Program-made: the position numbers and the translations under genes | Shown here: piece by piece, positions 15,354 to 28,288 of the stretch | Layout: every line of letters begins with the position of its first letter | Numbering within the stretch: position 1 is the first letter of the stretch | Notes under the pieces: model-generated | What the model saw: the letters and a program-made list of their open reading frames with translations, nothing else | Told to the model about the DNA's origin: nothing | The model's database searches: none | DNA from: Octopus sinensis | Taxonomy: Eukaryota | Assembly: GCF_006345805.1 (NCBI RefSeq) | Contig: NC_043013.1 | Coordinates: 22,878,001 to 22,942,000 of the forward strand | DNA: 64,000 bases | Reading direction: 5' to 3'

Positions 15354-15545
15354 AGGCGACGGGCTGGCAGAATTGTTAGCAGCCTGGACGAAATGCTTAG
15401 AGTTCAAATTCCGCCGAGGTCGACTTTACCTTTCATCCTTTCGGGATCGATAAATTAAGTACCAGTCGAGTACTGGGGTCGATGTAATCGACTATACCCC
15501 GCCGGCAAATTTCATACCCTCTGCCTATAATAGGGTATGAAAGGA
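15353..15545 (+). mobile_element. Family-1 SINE with internal deletion, between (TTA)n tracts
   Basis: aaggcgacgggctggcagaattgttagc...gagttcaaattccgccgaggtcgactttacctttcatcctttcgg. Confidence 0.85.
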
Positions 15546-15635
15546 TTATTATTATCGCTATTATTATTGTTGTTGTTGTTGTTATTATTATTATTGTTGT
15601 TATTATTATTGTTATTATTATAGTTGTTATTATTA

Positions 15636-15676
<41 letters not shown>

Positions 15677-15686
15677 GTTATTATTA

Positions 15687-15748
<62 letters not shown>

Positions 15749-15750
<2 letters not shown>

Positions 15751-16310
15751 GGCAGCGAGCTGGCAGAATCGTTAGCACGCCGGGCGAAATGCGTAGCCGT
15801 ATTTCGTCTGTCGTTACGTTGTGAGTTTAAATTCCGCCGAGGTCGACTTTGCAGGGTCGATAAATTAAGTACCAGTTACGCACTGGGGTCGATCTAATCG
15901 ACTTAATACTTATGTCTGTCCTTGTTTATCCCCTCTATGTTTAGCCCCTTGTGGGTAATAAAGAAATAGGTATTTCGTCTGCCGTTACGTTCTGAGTTCA
16001 AATTCCGCCGAGGTCGACTTTGCCTTTCATCCTTTCGGGGTCAATAAATTAAGTACCAGTTACCCACTGGGGTCGATATAATCGGCCTAAACCGTTTGTC
16101 TGTCCTTGTTTATCCCCTCTGTGTTTAGCCCCTTGTTGGTAGTAAAGAAACAGGTATTTCGCCCGTTGCTACGTTCTGAATTCAAATGCCGCAGGTGTCA
16201 ACTTCGACTTTCATCCTTTTCGAGAGTTGATAAATAAAGTACCATTTACACACTGGGTTCGACTGACTTAACCCTTTCCCCGAAATAACAGTGCCAAAAT
16301 TTGAAAACTT
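15749..16310 (+). mobile_element. Family-1 SINE multimer (one full head plus two head-less repeats)
   Basis: Unit restarts at ggtatttcg after each aaagaaa(t/c)ag tail (15969, 16153). Confidence 0.88.
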
Positions 16311-16917
16311 TACGATTATTATTATTATTGCTGTTGGTGGTGGTGGTGGTGGTGGTGGTGTTGTTGTTGTTGGTGTTGTTGTTGTTGTTGAGCATTTATT
16401 TGTTGTTTTTCTCGTCACTGTTTCCCATGCAAATGTTCCTCACTTGAAACAATTATTGTAAAAAAAAATCAATGTTATGCGGAGGAGGTTGACGACGGCG
16501 AGGAAAATTATCTTGAAAAATGCTAAAAATAAACATAGCACAACCACCAACACCTCCACCACCGTCACTACCACCATAGCCAACACCATCATCATCATCA
16601 TCATCATTGTCATTATTATCGACAACAGCAACTACAGTGAAATTAACAAGCGCACTAATAAATGAATTCAACAGCTGTTTGTGTGACATTGTGCTGCCTT
16701 GCTTTCTTGCCTTCCACAATAACGGTGTCAGGTGGAAGGACGGGGGAACGAAGGAAGAAATTAAACCAAACAGAACGAATTTTATATGGAATTATTGGAA
16801 TATTGGAATAAGTTATTCTGTGTTTGAGACAGGCCGTAACACTCCCTCGCAGCACGAAGCCTGAGTGTGTGTGTGTGTGTGTGTGTTGTGTGTGTGTGTG
16901 TATGTGTTTGTGTGTTT

Positions 16918-16969
<52 letters not shown>

Positions 16970-16984
16970 AAATATACTACGACA

Positions 16985-17270
16985 GAAACATTTCACCTAA
17001 CTGGCCCTGTTCTCTCCAACGTCGAGCCAACCCACACAAAGAAAGAAAATGATTTCACGGGACTAAAACGGTCCCTAGATAGTTCCCTCCAACGAATACT
17101 AGATAAACCACCCACACCCATATAAGTCTTTGTCTTTGAAAACAATAACTCTGCTCGAATGGGCTATGGTACCCAAAAGCTGACTGTGTATCTCTTCCAG
17201 GTGGGGCTAAAAAAATTAGACATGGCCCGGGCTAACTTTGGCCGAAACTTATCTAAATAATCTAAAGTAA
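16985..17270 (+). mobile_element. CR1/L2-group LINE extreme 3' end (ORF2 C-terminus plus tail)
   Basis: GPVLSNVEPTHTKKENDFTGLKRSLDSSLQRILDKPPTP...NNNS resembles GP.LFN.LP..ir...fK..LD.fL..IpD.P..P...NSl; followed by stem-loop tail. Confidence 0.6.
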
Positions 17271-17424
17271 TGTATATATGTATGTGTATATATATATATA
17301 TTATATATATATATATATAATATATATATATATATGTATATGTATGTTTGTATATATGTATGCATATATATAATATATATAATATGTATGTATATGTATG
17401 TGTGTGTGTGTGTATGTGTGTGTA

Positions 17425-17468
<44 letters not shown>

Positions 17469-17477
17469 GATGTTTAT

Positions 17478-17537
<60 letters not shown>

Positions 17538-17672
17538 TTTATATATATATAATAACCTACGCTAATTTCTTAACTCACTCTCTCTGTTTATTTTCTCTAT
17601 TTTCCGTCTGTTGAAGAGCGTCAAATTATTACACCTGCTTGTTGTTCATACACCTGTATTCGTCTTTTGCTT

Positions 17673-17704
<32 letters not shown>

Positions 17705-17983
17705 ATCAAGGAACGGAATAAAGAGAGAAAATAGAAAGCGTCTGACAATGCGGGAAGTTTCACAAAACCTTTTTATTCGAGGCACAGAGGCCGATGTACA
17801 GAAGAAAAACAGTCTGGGAAATGTCCAGTTACACAGGTTCCGTTAACCTTCACCCCCTCCCTCAACACACACCGTTATATAGCACTAACAGTCACTCTCC
17901 AAATATAGGTGTAATCGACACTGTAAGAGTTGCTTCCAACAAACTTACAACTGTTGCTGTAGACTATGTATATATATATATAT

Positions 17984-18194
17984 AAAGTTAATCCAAACAT
18001 GAAAACACAAAGAGAAAACACAACAACGCGAGGACGTGGAACAAGTATAGTATTATTGGACGCTCAGGAAAGAAGGAAAGAAGGAGGCTTTAACGTTTCG
18101 AGCGGAGCTCTTCGTCAGAAACATAGGAAAAGGAAAGATCCAAAGAAGGGAAGACGGAGGAAAAAAAAATCGCCAACGGTACACACGCGGTTAC
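17984..18194 (-). mobile_element. Penelope pLTR/retrozyme-like fragment (same family as 11733-11903)
   Basis: Reverse complement of the 11733-11903 sequence, extended ~40 nt; flanked by TA runs. Confidence 0.75.
18088..18122 (-). ncRNA. Minimal type I hammerhead ribozyme
   Basis: Minus strand: guuu CUGACGA agagc-ucc-gcuc GAAA cg UU aaag; canonical core, GUU site. Confidence 0.72.
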
Positions 18195-18569
18195 ATATAT
18201 ATCGTTGCAGTTATGTTAAACTGGCGCATGTCCAAATGCGTTTTAGTCAATATTTAATTTTGCTTGCAATAGCCGATTCTTTTGGTCACACTTTAGTATC
18301 TCCAGCTACTTCAGATGACAAGATATGGAAAATTATCAAAGTGTAGGAAAATTAATATGTGTGTGCGTGTGTACGCATATATATATACACACACACACAT
18401 ATATATATATACTAGCATTATGACCCGTCGTTGCTGGGTCATAGTGCTAGTGCATGTATATATGTGTATATATATGTGTACATATTACATGTACATCTAT
18501 ATATACATCTACACATAAAATACAAAATACAAAGTTATAGCTTGATATCGCTAGTGATAACAATACTCA

Positions 18570-18910
18570 AAATATATAACAAACTGGAATTGTAAGCCCG
18601 TCTCTTGCAATTTCGATCAATTGTATCTTGTCCTCCCTCTTGTATAGAAGTGTGGCTACAATCCAGCCTCCCTCAACTTCTGGGGAGGCATTTTTAAAGG
18701 TAAAAATAAAATATTTCCACTTTGCAAGTTCGTGTCGAGTACTCCCTTGCACACTCCGTTGACTCGAACCTTGCTTCTATTGTGGCGAATTTACCGCCTC
18801 TGGTTAGATATCATAGTCGCACCAAGACACTTTTCGATGGTGCTTTCCTCCAGGTGTTCAAATCTTTTTTATCTACATTGTATACTTTACAGACAATAGT
18901 CTTTTCTTTA
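18570..18910 (-). mobile_element. Decayed gag-like ORF1 fragment of a Tx1/L1-like element
   Basis: EKTIVCKVYNVDKKRFEHLEESTIEKCL.../YLTRGGKFATIEARFES aligns by eye with KTIISRTLSFKTKKIEIASKEDSEKAL...FMKRGKKFGTVQVKLMS of ORF 59897-60367. Confidence 0.55.
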
Positions 18911-19378
18911 ATTTAATTTTTTATTATCCATCTGGACTATTCCATTTCTGCTCGCTAATTTTATTTTTAATTTATTCCCATCCATGTGAAACCACTTATT
19001 GATGCAATTTTATACCAATTGCTATTTTTTACTTTTGTTATGTTACGATTATATTATACTTTAGTTTGATTTTAATTATTACTTACTACATATAATTCAA
19101 TTGTTATTATTTTTATTGTTAAAGTGAAAGTATCTGACATAAAATAGAGAAATGTTTTTGTTTCACATTTAACATGTAATACTGAAATAGTGGAGAAGAT
19201 ATGATATTGCTATGGGCTCGCTCTAGGCAAGAAGTTGTGTGTGTGTGCCGGTGGATCGGTGTGTGTATGGGTGTATATATGTATGTATGTGTACATGTTA
19301 CATGTACATCTATATATACATCTAGACATACATGTTTACATATACATGTATATATATACATCTATATATATACATGTA

Positions 19379-19427
<49 letters not shown>

Positions 19428-19646
19428 CATTCAAATTTTACACATGCCTTACTTAGGGTCCAAGGAGTGTCACGGGTCAAAAAATATTGTTTAACTTCTT
19501 GCCTAATAAAAACGGTAAGATAACAAAAGAAACAAGGAGACCTCGATATTACGTAAATAGAGGAAATTTATCTGTAAATATATTATGTGACAATTATTCG
19601 GTAGCCAAGATAAAACTCTGAGTTCATAGCATTTTGCCGATGGCCG

Positions 19647-19707
19647 GATAACTGAAGAGATGGTAGCGTGGATTTCCACCTCGGCATCCGAAACTCGGAG
19701 TTTTATC
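19647..19707 (+). ncRNA. Type I hammerhead ribozyme
   Basis: gauaa CUGAAGA gaug...guggauuuccac...cauc c GAAA cucggag UU uuauc. Confidence 0.68.
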
Positions 19708-19791
19708 ATGGCTACCGAATAATTGTCACATATTACATTTGCAGATATACATACATACATACATACATACATACATACATACATACATACA

Positions 19792-19822
<31 letters not shown>

Positions 19823-19889
19823 TAATATATATTTATATACATATATATATATCTGTAAATGTATTATGTGACAATTATTCGGTAGTCAT

Positions 19890-19950
19890 GATAAAACTCC
19901 GAGTTTCGGATGCCGAGGTGGAAATCCACGCCACCATCTCTTCAGTTATC
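19890..19950 (-). ncRNA. Type I hammerhead ribozyme (inverted copy)
   Basis: Reverse complement of 19647-19707. Confidence 0.68.
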
Positions 19951-20123
19951 CGGCCATCGGAAAAACGCTATGAACTCAGAGTTTTATCTAGGCTACCGAA
20001 TAATTGTCACATAATATATTTACAGATAAATTCCTCTATTTACATAATATCGAAGTCTCTTTGTTTCTTTTGTTATCTTACCGTTTTTATCAATACATAT
20101 ATATATATTATATGATATATATA

Positions 20124-20912
20124 TCTTAATAATACTAAAACTGTAGAGATGTTTATTTGTTCCTAAAATATCTCAGAAATAGTACATTTTGTCTTAATTG
20201 TTTATATATTTATTTTCATACTTACCTTCGGCAGAGCAGTACAAATGTTTGTCATATTTGGACCTTTATTTATTAATGACAACGATTAAACACAATTTTT
20301 GTTATTTCTTGAAATAAAACATGACTTCCGTAACGTCAACACACATGCACACATACTGAATACACACACATATATCATGTCGTGTCAATCAACACAAACA
20401 CACGTGCGCTGTTACATATACACGCACATGGTCTTTGCACTCACACACACACACACATACACACACATCCATTTCATATACACGTTCATACATCTTTTAC
20501 TTTCTCCTCTCTTTCACTTTAAAGCGAAATAAGAACGATTTACGGAAATTAACGAACAAGACCAGCTGATCAAATTGACAGTTCTGAGAGTCAAAACGAC
20601 AGTTCTGAGACTCAAAGCGAAAGATCGCCCCAAGGGAATACCATTACAAAATTTCTAGTACGCCCTGCTACCACGTAACAGCTATTTGCGATAAAGGACG
20701 CGAAATACCTGTTACGTGGTAGCAGAACGTGCAAGAAATGGCAGCTAAATCTTTCCTTTTCCAGGGAAAGGAGCCGTTTACGCGTGATTTCGATGTCTCA
20801 TTCGGTGAAAGTATTCGAAATAACCTGGAAAAGAAAAAATACCACGAAACGAAACTCCGTTGCCGAGAAACTAAGACTTTTAAGGCGACCCAACGGGTCA
20901 CGGGTTGTCTAA
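20124..20912 (+). mobile_element. Old non-autonomous Helitron-like element
   Basis: 5' A|TCttaataatactaaaactgtag resembles the 56091 Helitron start; 3' gacccaacgggtcacgggttgtCTAA|T hairpin end. Confidence 0.45.
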
Positions 20913-20993
20913 TATATCTATTTATATGAAGGAGTGTTAAAAGATTTTCAAAGCCATAAGAATAACAAACATAATGGTATTATTTGAATGCTT

Positions 20994-21122
20994 GAAGGCG
21001 GCAATCTGGCAGGCATTTTGTCAGCCGCTACGTCCTGAGTTCAAATTCCACCGAGGTCGACTTTGCATTTCATCCTTTCGGAGTCGATAAATTATGCACC
21101 ACTTGTGTACTGGGGTCGTTAC
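20994..21122 (+). mobile_element. Family-1 SINE, truncated
   Basis: ctgagttcaaattccaccgaggtcgactttgcatttcatcctttcggagtcgataaa. Confidence 0.8.
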
Positions 21123-21774
21123 TACGGCAACAGTCCGGATACTTATCGATCAAACGCGTGTGCATGCGCGCGCGCGCGTGCGTGTGTGTGCGTAGATTTA
21201 TCTCTGTATCCATCCGCGTAATTGGATATGGGATAATTGCATATTTCCTCAATTGCCTGATTTACAAAGCCTCGTTATTCAACGTGAAATCTATGTAAAA
21301 ATTGATCATTTACTTGTATATGTAAAGTAAATCCCCTTCAATTAATTTTAAAAGTATTTTCCAAAATTATAGCTAAAATATTTACGAAATATAGCCTTAA
21401 ACTTCATATGGAGATATTGATCGGTGAATTTGCACTTTTTCACGAGAGAAAATGCCAGAAGTCTATAATTTCCAGTGAATTAACAAGCGAAATCAAGAGA
21501 ACCAAACATATTCACATTATTCTTACCACTTAAATAAATTCAAATCATCCTAGTTCAGACTTGCGTGCAATTTTATGATATTTTAATTGGGCAATAAATT
21601 TGTTGGACAAATAAATCTTCATTTGGGGATAAGCATGTAAAAACATAATTTACATTCAAGCAGTGAATGGAGGCAAAGGTGTTTTCTGTCTTATATTAAC
21701 GAGAAACTCAAACTGTTGTTAACCTTCATGACACAGAGAAATTCTTCTTGGCCAACACCCCTCTATCTCTAATT

Positions 21775-22360
21775 ATCTATGTCTTTATTGCCCACAGGGG
21801 GCTAAACATGGAGGGGACAAACAAGGACAGACAAGGGATTAAGTCGATTAGATCGACCCCAGTACATAACTGGTACATATTTAATCGGCCCCGAAAGGAT
21901 GAAAGACAAACTCGACCTCGGCGGAATTTGAACTCAGAACGTAACGGTAGACGAAATAACTATTTCTTTACTACCCACAAGGGTCAAAACACAGAGAGGA
22001 CAAACAAACGGATCAAGTCGATTATATCGACACCAGTTCGTAACTGGTACTTATTTAATCGACCCCGGAAGGATGAAAGGCAAAGTTGACCTCAGCAGAA
22101 TTTGAACTCAGAACGTAACGGTAGACGAAATACCTATTTCTTTACTACTCACAAGGGGCAAAACACAGAGGACAAACAAGGACAAACGGATCAAATTGAT
22201 TATATCGACCCCAGTGCGTAACTGGTACTTATTTAATCGACCCCGAAAGGATGAAAAGCAAAGTCGACCTCGGCGGAATTTGAACTCAGAACGTAGCGGC
22301 AGACGAAATACCGCTAAGCATTTCGCCCGGCGTGCTAACGTTTCTGCCAGCTCGCCGCCT
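21775..22360 (-). mobile_element. Family-1 SINE trimer
   Basis: Three successive tail plus central units with a single tRNA-like head at ~22310-22360. Confidence 0.88.
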
Positions 22361-24040
22361 AATTATCGAGTAAATGAAAGTATAGAAAAGTTATGCATGG
22401 ATCTGACAAAGCTTAATTGAGGAATACGAGCGGGAAAATAAATCAAACAATTGTCCTGTCAATACACACGTACATAAGCACGCATATTATAGTGTATATA
22501 TTTATGTATATAATATATATATATATAATATATATATATATATAATATATTCTATTTTGCACATGACACATGAATAAAAGAAGATAAGGGACGTAATGCA
22601 CACCGCAAACTTATGCATGAATAATTTAACAGTAAGCAAGTTTGCTGCTTCCAACGAAAGAATACCTCATGTTTTTTCGCAATATTTCTAGCCCCAAATG
22701 GCTTACTTTTTTTATATCTAGCCCTATGTCTTTCTCCATTTCTAAGTTAATAAAGCAACCCTGCAAAACACAACTGATCTTTACACACAGACGCACAAAT
22801 AATGACAGCGGAGTGCACATCAAACGTGAGCGATCTGACTGTCGCCTATACTCTTGACAAGAGGTGTCTGTTAGTCCTTTGCACCTTACCAGGCTTGTTC
22901 GTATTAGCTCGGGTTACTATTGTATAACAGAAATCATATAATGAAAGCAGAGTGCACAATAAGCATTACCGATCTGACTGTCGACTGTACTCTTGACAAG
23001 AAATGTCAGTCCTTTTCACCCAAGATGCACGATAATTTTTCGTTCTTTTAAGAATATTGTAGAACGCAAACTTTTCATAGATTGGAATTTAAATCCTAAT
23101 CTCTATAGAAATTTACTATTTCAAGAAAACACTGAAATTGAATTACTTTAAATTTTTACGATTATAGATAACAACACGGACTGTAACTTCTGAGCCCGAG
23201 TCAGGCGCGTGTGAACGATGTCGAGAGCAAACGTCTACTACGAATGATATTTCTTGACACAGGACACTTCTAAGACGACTGCCAGACGCCGAAGGAAAAT
23301 AAATGAACTGCGACCAGGTTCAATAAAAGGAGCCTGAGTTATTGGTTGCAATTACATACTTGAAGTCAGTGTTGGCAGAAATTAAATCACCTTAAAAGTA
23401 CACATTGTTCACTTTATTAAATTTTAACTCGGGCTAAACCCGAAAAGCCCGAGTGCCGGAGTCCATATATATATATGGAAACATGGCATAAAATAGAATC
23501 TGTTGGAACCTTGGAGATGATGGCAACGATGAGTTGCAACCGGGAAATATTGGAAATACTCGAAAAGTTTCAATTGACTCTACGTCGCCATATTATTGGT
23601 GAGGTTGAGTTAATGGAGACCTTCCACTTGAAGTGTTTGGCTTTTAGTTTTCTACTCAAGTGAACGAGACCGAAGCTTGAAGGCATGGCAGTGTGGCCAA
23701 TAAATCTCACGCACGAGTTTTTGTGTCAAATACACAACTTGCAAGCCTTGGGCGTCTCGATATCCCTGGGTCGTCTGCAAGTGAAACATGCTACACGGAA
23801 GGTATGTGGTAAAACAATCAATCGATTGTTTATTAGTCAAAGTCCTTCCCAGTAACTTGCTCCGTCTCTCTCCGGAGCTTGCTCGTTAAACCAATTGATT
23901 GTTTAACAAGCCTATTAAACAAACGATCATTTAACAATAGAGAAGTGATATTAAACCATTGCATGTTGTTGTTGTTATCATTATCATCATTATTATTATC
24001 ATTATTATCATCATTATCATCATCATTATCATTATTATTA

Positions 24041-25414
24041 TTTTTTTTTTCTTCTTTCAAATTTGCTTCCATTTCTTGCCGAGTGTCTTCCCGACTCCTA
24101 GGGCAAAGAAACTCATAGTATACATTGGTAGGCCATTAAACCAAACTCAATAGTTCGTTCATTTTTTTATTTTTTTTTTTAAGTTAAATTAAAATACATG
24201 AGCAGCAACAGTTCTCACATCGACAATGCTCTTCTCAATACGTGTGATGTACCAGTTAAGACAATCTTTTGCACTTCTTGCAGGGATGGTAAGCCAGGGA
24301 TCATTCTCATATAATTTTCGGTTCCCTTCTTGATCATTCCTAGTGCTCCTACGATCACTGGTATTGTAACCGCCTTGAGATGCCACATTTTCTCAATTTC
24401 AATGAGTAGGTCTTTATATTTTCTGAGCTTGTCAAACTCTTTCGCTGAGATATTATGATCACAGGGAATGCTCATGTCGATCAATAAGAAAACTTTATTG
24501 TTTTGGTCTTTCACAACAATATCTGGTTTATTGGCCTTGATGGTTCGGTCTGTATGTACTGGAAAGTCCCACAGAATGGTTACATTTTCTCCTTCAGTTA
24601 CAGCCTCAGGGTGGTGATTATAGCACTTGTCGGCAGTTTTGATATTGTAATGCCGACTTATTAGCCAGTGGAGATATTGGCCAACTCTGTCATGTCTTAA
24701 TTTATACTCCACTGGTGCTAAGACTTTACATCCAGAGATTAGGTGGTCCACTGTTTCAATCATGTCGTTGCAGAATCGGCGGCATTTTGGGTCTGCTCCA
24801 TTTTTCATCACATTGGCCTGGTAGTTCCGGGTTAATAGGCTTTGATCTTGAGCAGCCAGGATGAAACCTTCGCTCTCTGCTTTTAGCCCTGAGCTCCGTA
24901 GCCACTGATGGTTTTGCTTCTGGTCAACATCAGCTTGTTTGCTGCGGGCCACATTTGCCGTGCAGAGGTTTCTCCTCCCAACTATCAGCCAATTGCTCGT
25001 GCGCTTTTTTCATTGCCATCATTTTCACCTTCTTTGCAACAATAGTTGCCGTACTTCCCTCGGGTTGTTCAGTTTGGGTATCCTGCCGAGATCAATAGCA
25101 AATTTTTTGCTTTCCTTTATGATAGAATGAAGCTTCTTCGTCTCTCGTGATTTTCCACGAGCTTTAGCATCCAGTCATTCGATATTCGAGATATTTGGCC
25201 AGTCCAATTGTGGTTGTTTTGTAAGCTAGTTCAAATTGGATCAGCCTCGACCTCCTTGGGCTCTGGGAAGGTAAAGGCGATCTACGTCTGCCTTTGGGTG
25301 GTGCATCCTATTACAACTCAGCAGCTTGCGTATTTTCCTATCTATATTCTTTACTTCACTCATATTCCAGTTCAACACATTGTAGCTATAAGTAACAACT
25401 GGAACTGCTAAGGA

Positions 25415-25418
<4 letters not shown>
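24041..25418 (-). mobile_element. R4/Dong-clade LINE, 5'-truncated, inserted in a (TAA)n microsatellite
   Basis: Thumb region NSLAVPVVTYSYNVLNW...HHPKADVDRLYLPRAQGGRG, C-terminal ORF, 3' UTR, A10 tail at 24041-24050; (TAA)n-type repeats on both flanks. Confidence 0.92.
24215..24952 (-). pseudogene. R4/Dong ORF C-terminus: CCHC zinc knuckle plus restriction-like endonuclease
   Basis: CRRFC...ETVDHLISGC, RHD, KPDIVV...LIDMSIP, K..KY.DL, VIVGALG motifs. Confidence 0.92.
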
Positions 25419-25465
<47 letters not shown>

Positions 25466-25469
25466 CATC

Positions 25470-25500
<31 letters not shown>

Positions 25501-25717
25501 ATTATTATTATTGGTGTGATGACCCTACCAAGACATGAATTCACCTTAGGAATCTTGCAAACCAGATGCATAAATAAAATTAACAGACATTGTTCATTCC
25601 TATATTTGTTTTCCTCTCTCATTACTGCTAATCCAATTATTCAGAACTATTAATAACATTTTCATTTCCCTCAGATGAGAATTTTTTCTGGGGTCCATTG
25701 ACTTCTTTCATCTTCGA

Positions 25718-26022
25718 CAAAATAATTTATTCCACCTTTAATTTATGAATAGTTTATTCATATCTGCAAATGAAACAAGTGGAACACGAGGAAACTATCG
25801 ATGGTTTATCACGGGGAGTATTAAGTATAAAAAGTCCTTAGAAATGAATAAATTCCTGATGGCAAAATAATTTATTCCACCTTTAATTTATGAATAGTTT
25901 ATTCATATCTGCAAATGAAACAAGTGGAACTCGAGGAAACTATCGATGGTTTATCACGGGGAGTATTAAGTATAAAAAGTCCTTAGAAATGAATAAATTC
26001 CTGATGGCAAAATAATTTATTC
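25718..26022. repeat. 145-bp tandem duplication
   Basis: Units start at 25718 and 25863 (one substitution seen); caaaataatttattc recurs at 26008. Confidence 0.95.
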
Positions 26023-27142
26023 TTCTTTGTGAACTAAGTATAGTTGACTTACGCCGCTGACTGTTCATGTACATGGATTCGAGAGGGTTTTTTCGAAGCA
26101 GTTATGTATTTCTTTTCTCATTGTTATATTTGTACGTAAGATTGTATGAACACAAATATGTGTTTAAAAATTTTTATGCATTCATTTATGCCTATTAGTG
26201 ACTGTTTGTGTAATGATGTAGACCAGTTTTCGTTTGTATGTGTATGAGAATACAAAAGTGTGGTGTTTGTGAATCTATTACATGCTTTTCTGTATATATT
26301 TTGGACTGATTTTTGGACTGGGGTTGTCTACATTTATGAAAGTATTTTCAATAAAGTATGTAATTGGATGAATATTTATCCAAGTAGACGTGTGTGGCTT
26401 TACATTAGACGAGCAATTTTTATAAACGCTTTTATACTGTTTTCTTCCGCAAATTGAATCATTTTTTTTTTATATAAGGAAAGAGATGAATCATTTTAAA
26501 TATATGTTTCCCAGACATTGGTTTTTTTTTCCTTTTTCTTCTTTTGTAGCATTTTAAAAACATTACTTTCTCGTTATTTGGTGCAGAGGCCTATATTTTC
26601 AGTGAAGATGGTAAATGGAATATCGTGAAAAGGAAAAGATAAAGTGCAGCTATACAAGACTTTCTCTCTCTCAACACCCCCCTCTCTCTCTCTCTCTCTG
26701 TTAACATTCGTCCATATTGTTGCAGCAAACACGTAACTCCTTTTCCAACCATTTTCTTCATCACATCCCTGTCTCTATTTTTAGAAGCATCCACCTAAGC
26801 TAATGAATTCAAGATTTATTCTCTGTCAAAAACTAACTGGCCACTTTCTGTATGCCTACATCAAACCCATGTCAGAAGACCTCGTTCCTATTTTTAATCA
26901 GCACTCTAGTGTTTTTGAAGAATATGCATCATTATTAAAGGCAAACCTGTCAATTACACTGGAAGGGTTCACATTGATTATAAACCCAGCGGGATTTGTC
27001 AATCAATTAGCTCTGCATGAATATCAGATTCGTATGACATTGTGGTTAAGAAGTTCAAAATGGCGTGGTTCTGATTCTGGTCACTTGGCGAGTAATAGTC
27101 TTGGGCTATAACTTCAGGTCAGCCAAAACGGTCAAACTAAAG

Positions 27143-27520
27143 GGTTTGACCCGAGCAAAAAAAAAAAGAAAAGAAAGAAAAATGTAAAACAACTTGCTCT
27201 AAATGAATATGAAAAACAATGCGTGCTCGCGAACGGGGGTGGGACAGGCCTCGGAAAATTCACATCGTCAGACCTTGACCTTTAAACTCTAGTGTTTGAC
27301 CCGAGCAAAAACAAAAAAAATAGTGTAATAGGTGTAAAACAACATGTACTAAACGAATATGAAAAAATTGCGCGCTGGCGAAGGGGGGTGGATCGGAAAA
27401 TTCACATCGTGAATGGTCCGAGTTGTCTCACCACAGTCAAAAAAAAATTTAAATAGTATAATAGGTGTACAAAAACATGTAGTAAACGAATATGAAAAAA
27501 AAAAGCGCTGGCGAACGTGG
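27143..27520. repeat. Diverged tandem repeat, ~3 units of ~125-150 bp
   Basis: Recurring aaa(c/t)gaatatgaaaaa...gcg.gct.gcgaa.ggggg...cggaaaattcacatcgt. Confidence 0.7.
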
Positions 27521-27613
27521 GGTGTATATGCATAAACACACACGTCTGTGGGATTTGCATACAATGTATGTATAGAGAGAGAGTGGGCTAAAAGAATTAT
27601 ATATATACATACA

Positions 27614-27920
27614 CAACGGAACAGCCTGCTCGTGAAATTAACGTGCAAGTGGCTGAGCACTCCACAGACAAGTATACCCTTTACGTAGGGAGATTCAGCT
27701 GGTCCTTTGAAATACAGGTACAGCAGAAACAGGAAGAAAGACTGAGAGAAAGTTTTGGTGCAAGTGTACAGTAGGGTTCGCTAGCACCCCTTGCCGGAGC
27801 CTCGTGGAGCTTTGGGTGTTTTCGCTCAATAAACACTCACAAAGCCTGCTCTGGGAATCAAAACCACGATGCTACGACCGCGAATCCGCTGCCCTAACCA
27901 CTGAGCCATTGTGCCTCCAC
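27614..27920 (-). mobile_element. tRNA-derived SINE family 3 (Ceph-SINE-like), partial
   Basis: Same sequence as 55086-55467 with deletions. Confidence 0.85.
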
Positions 27921-28210
27921 AACATACATATATATATATAGTTATGGTTTAATCAGCTAAGAACGTTGTAGAGTACAGACCTCACCCTGTACTAACCAGT
28001 AGTAGTAGTAGTGTTATACGTAATTCTAGATTTACATTTGGGGTTCTGTCGTGTGTGAATAAATAATTGAAAATATTTAGAGTCAACAAGAAGGAGCACG
28101 GTTGGACATTTATTTTCTATCACGCAGAAACGTTGCGTAGAAACAATTGTAGTGACTGAAAATAAATGTCCAGCCCTACTACTTCTTGTTGACTCCAACT
28201 TTTTTCAATT

Positions 28211-28288
<78 letters not shown>

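Larger units (their letters stand above)
19504..20092. mobile_element. Inverted pair of ~245 bp HHR-bearing repeats separated by a (CATA)n/(TA)n spacer
   Basis: 19504-19748 is the reverse complement of ~19850-20092 with few substitutions; each arm has an internal ~55 bp inverted repeat. Confidence 0.85.
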
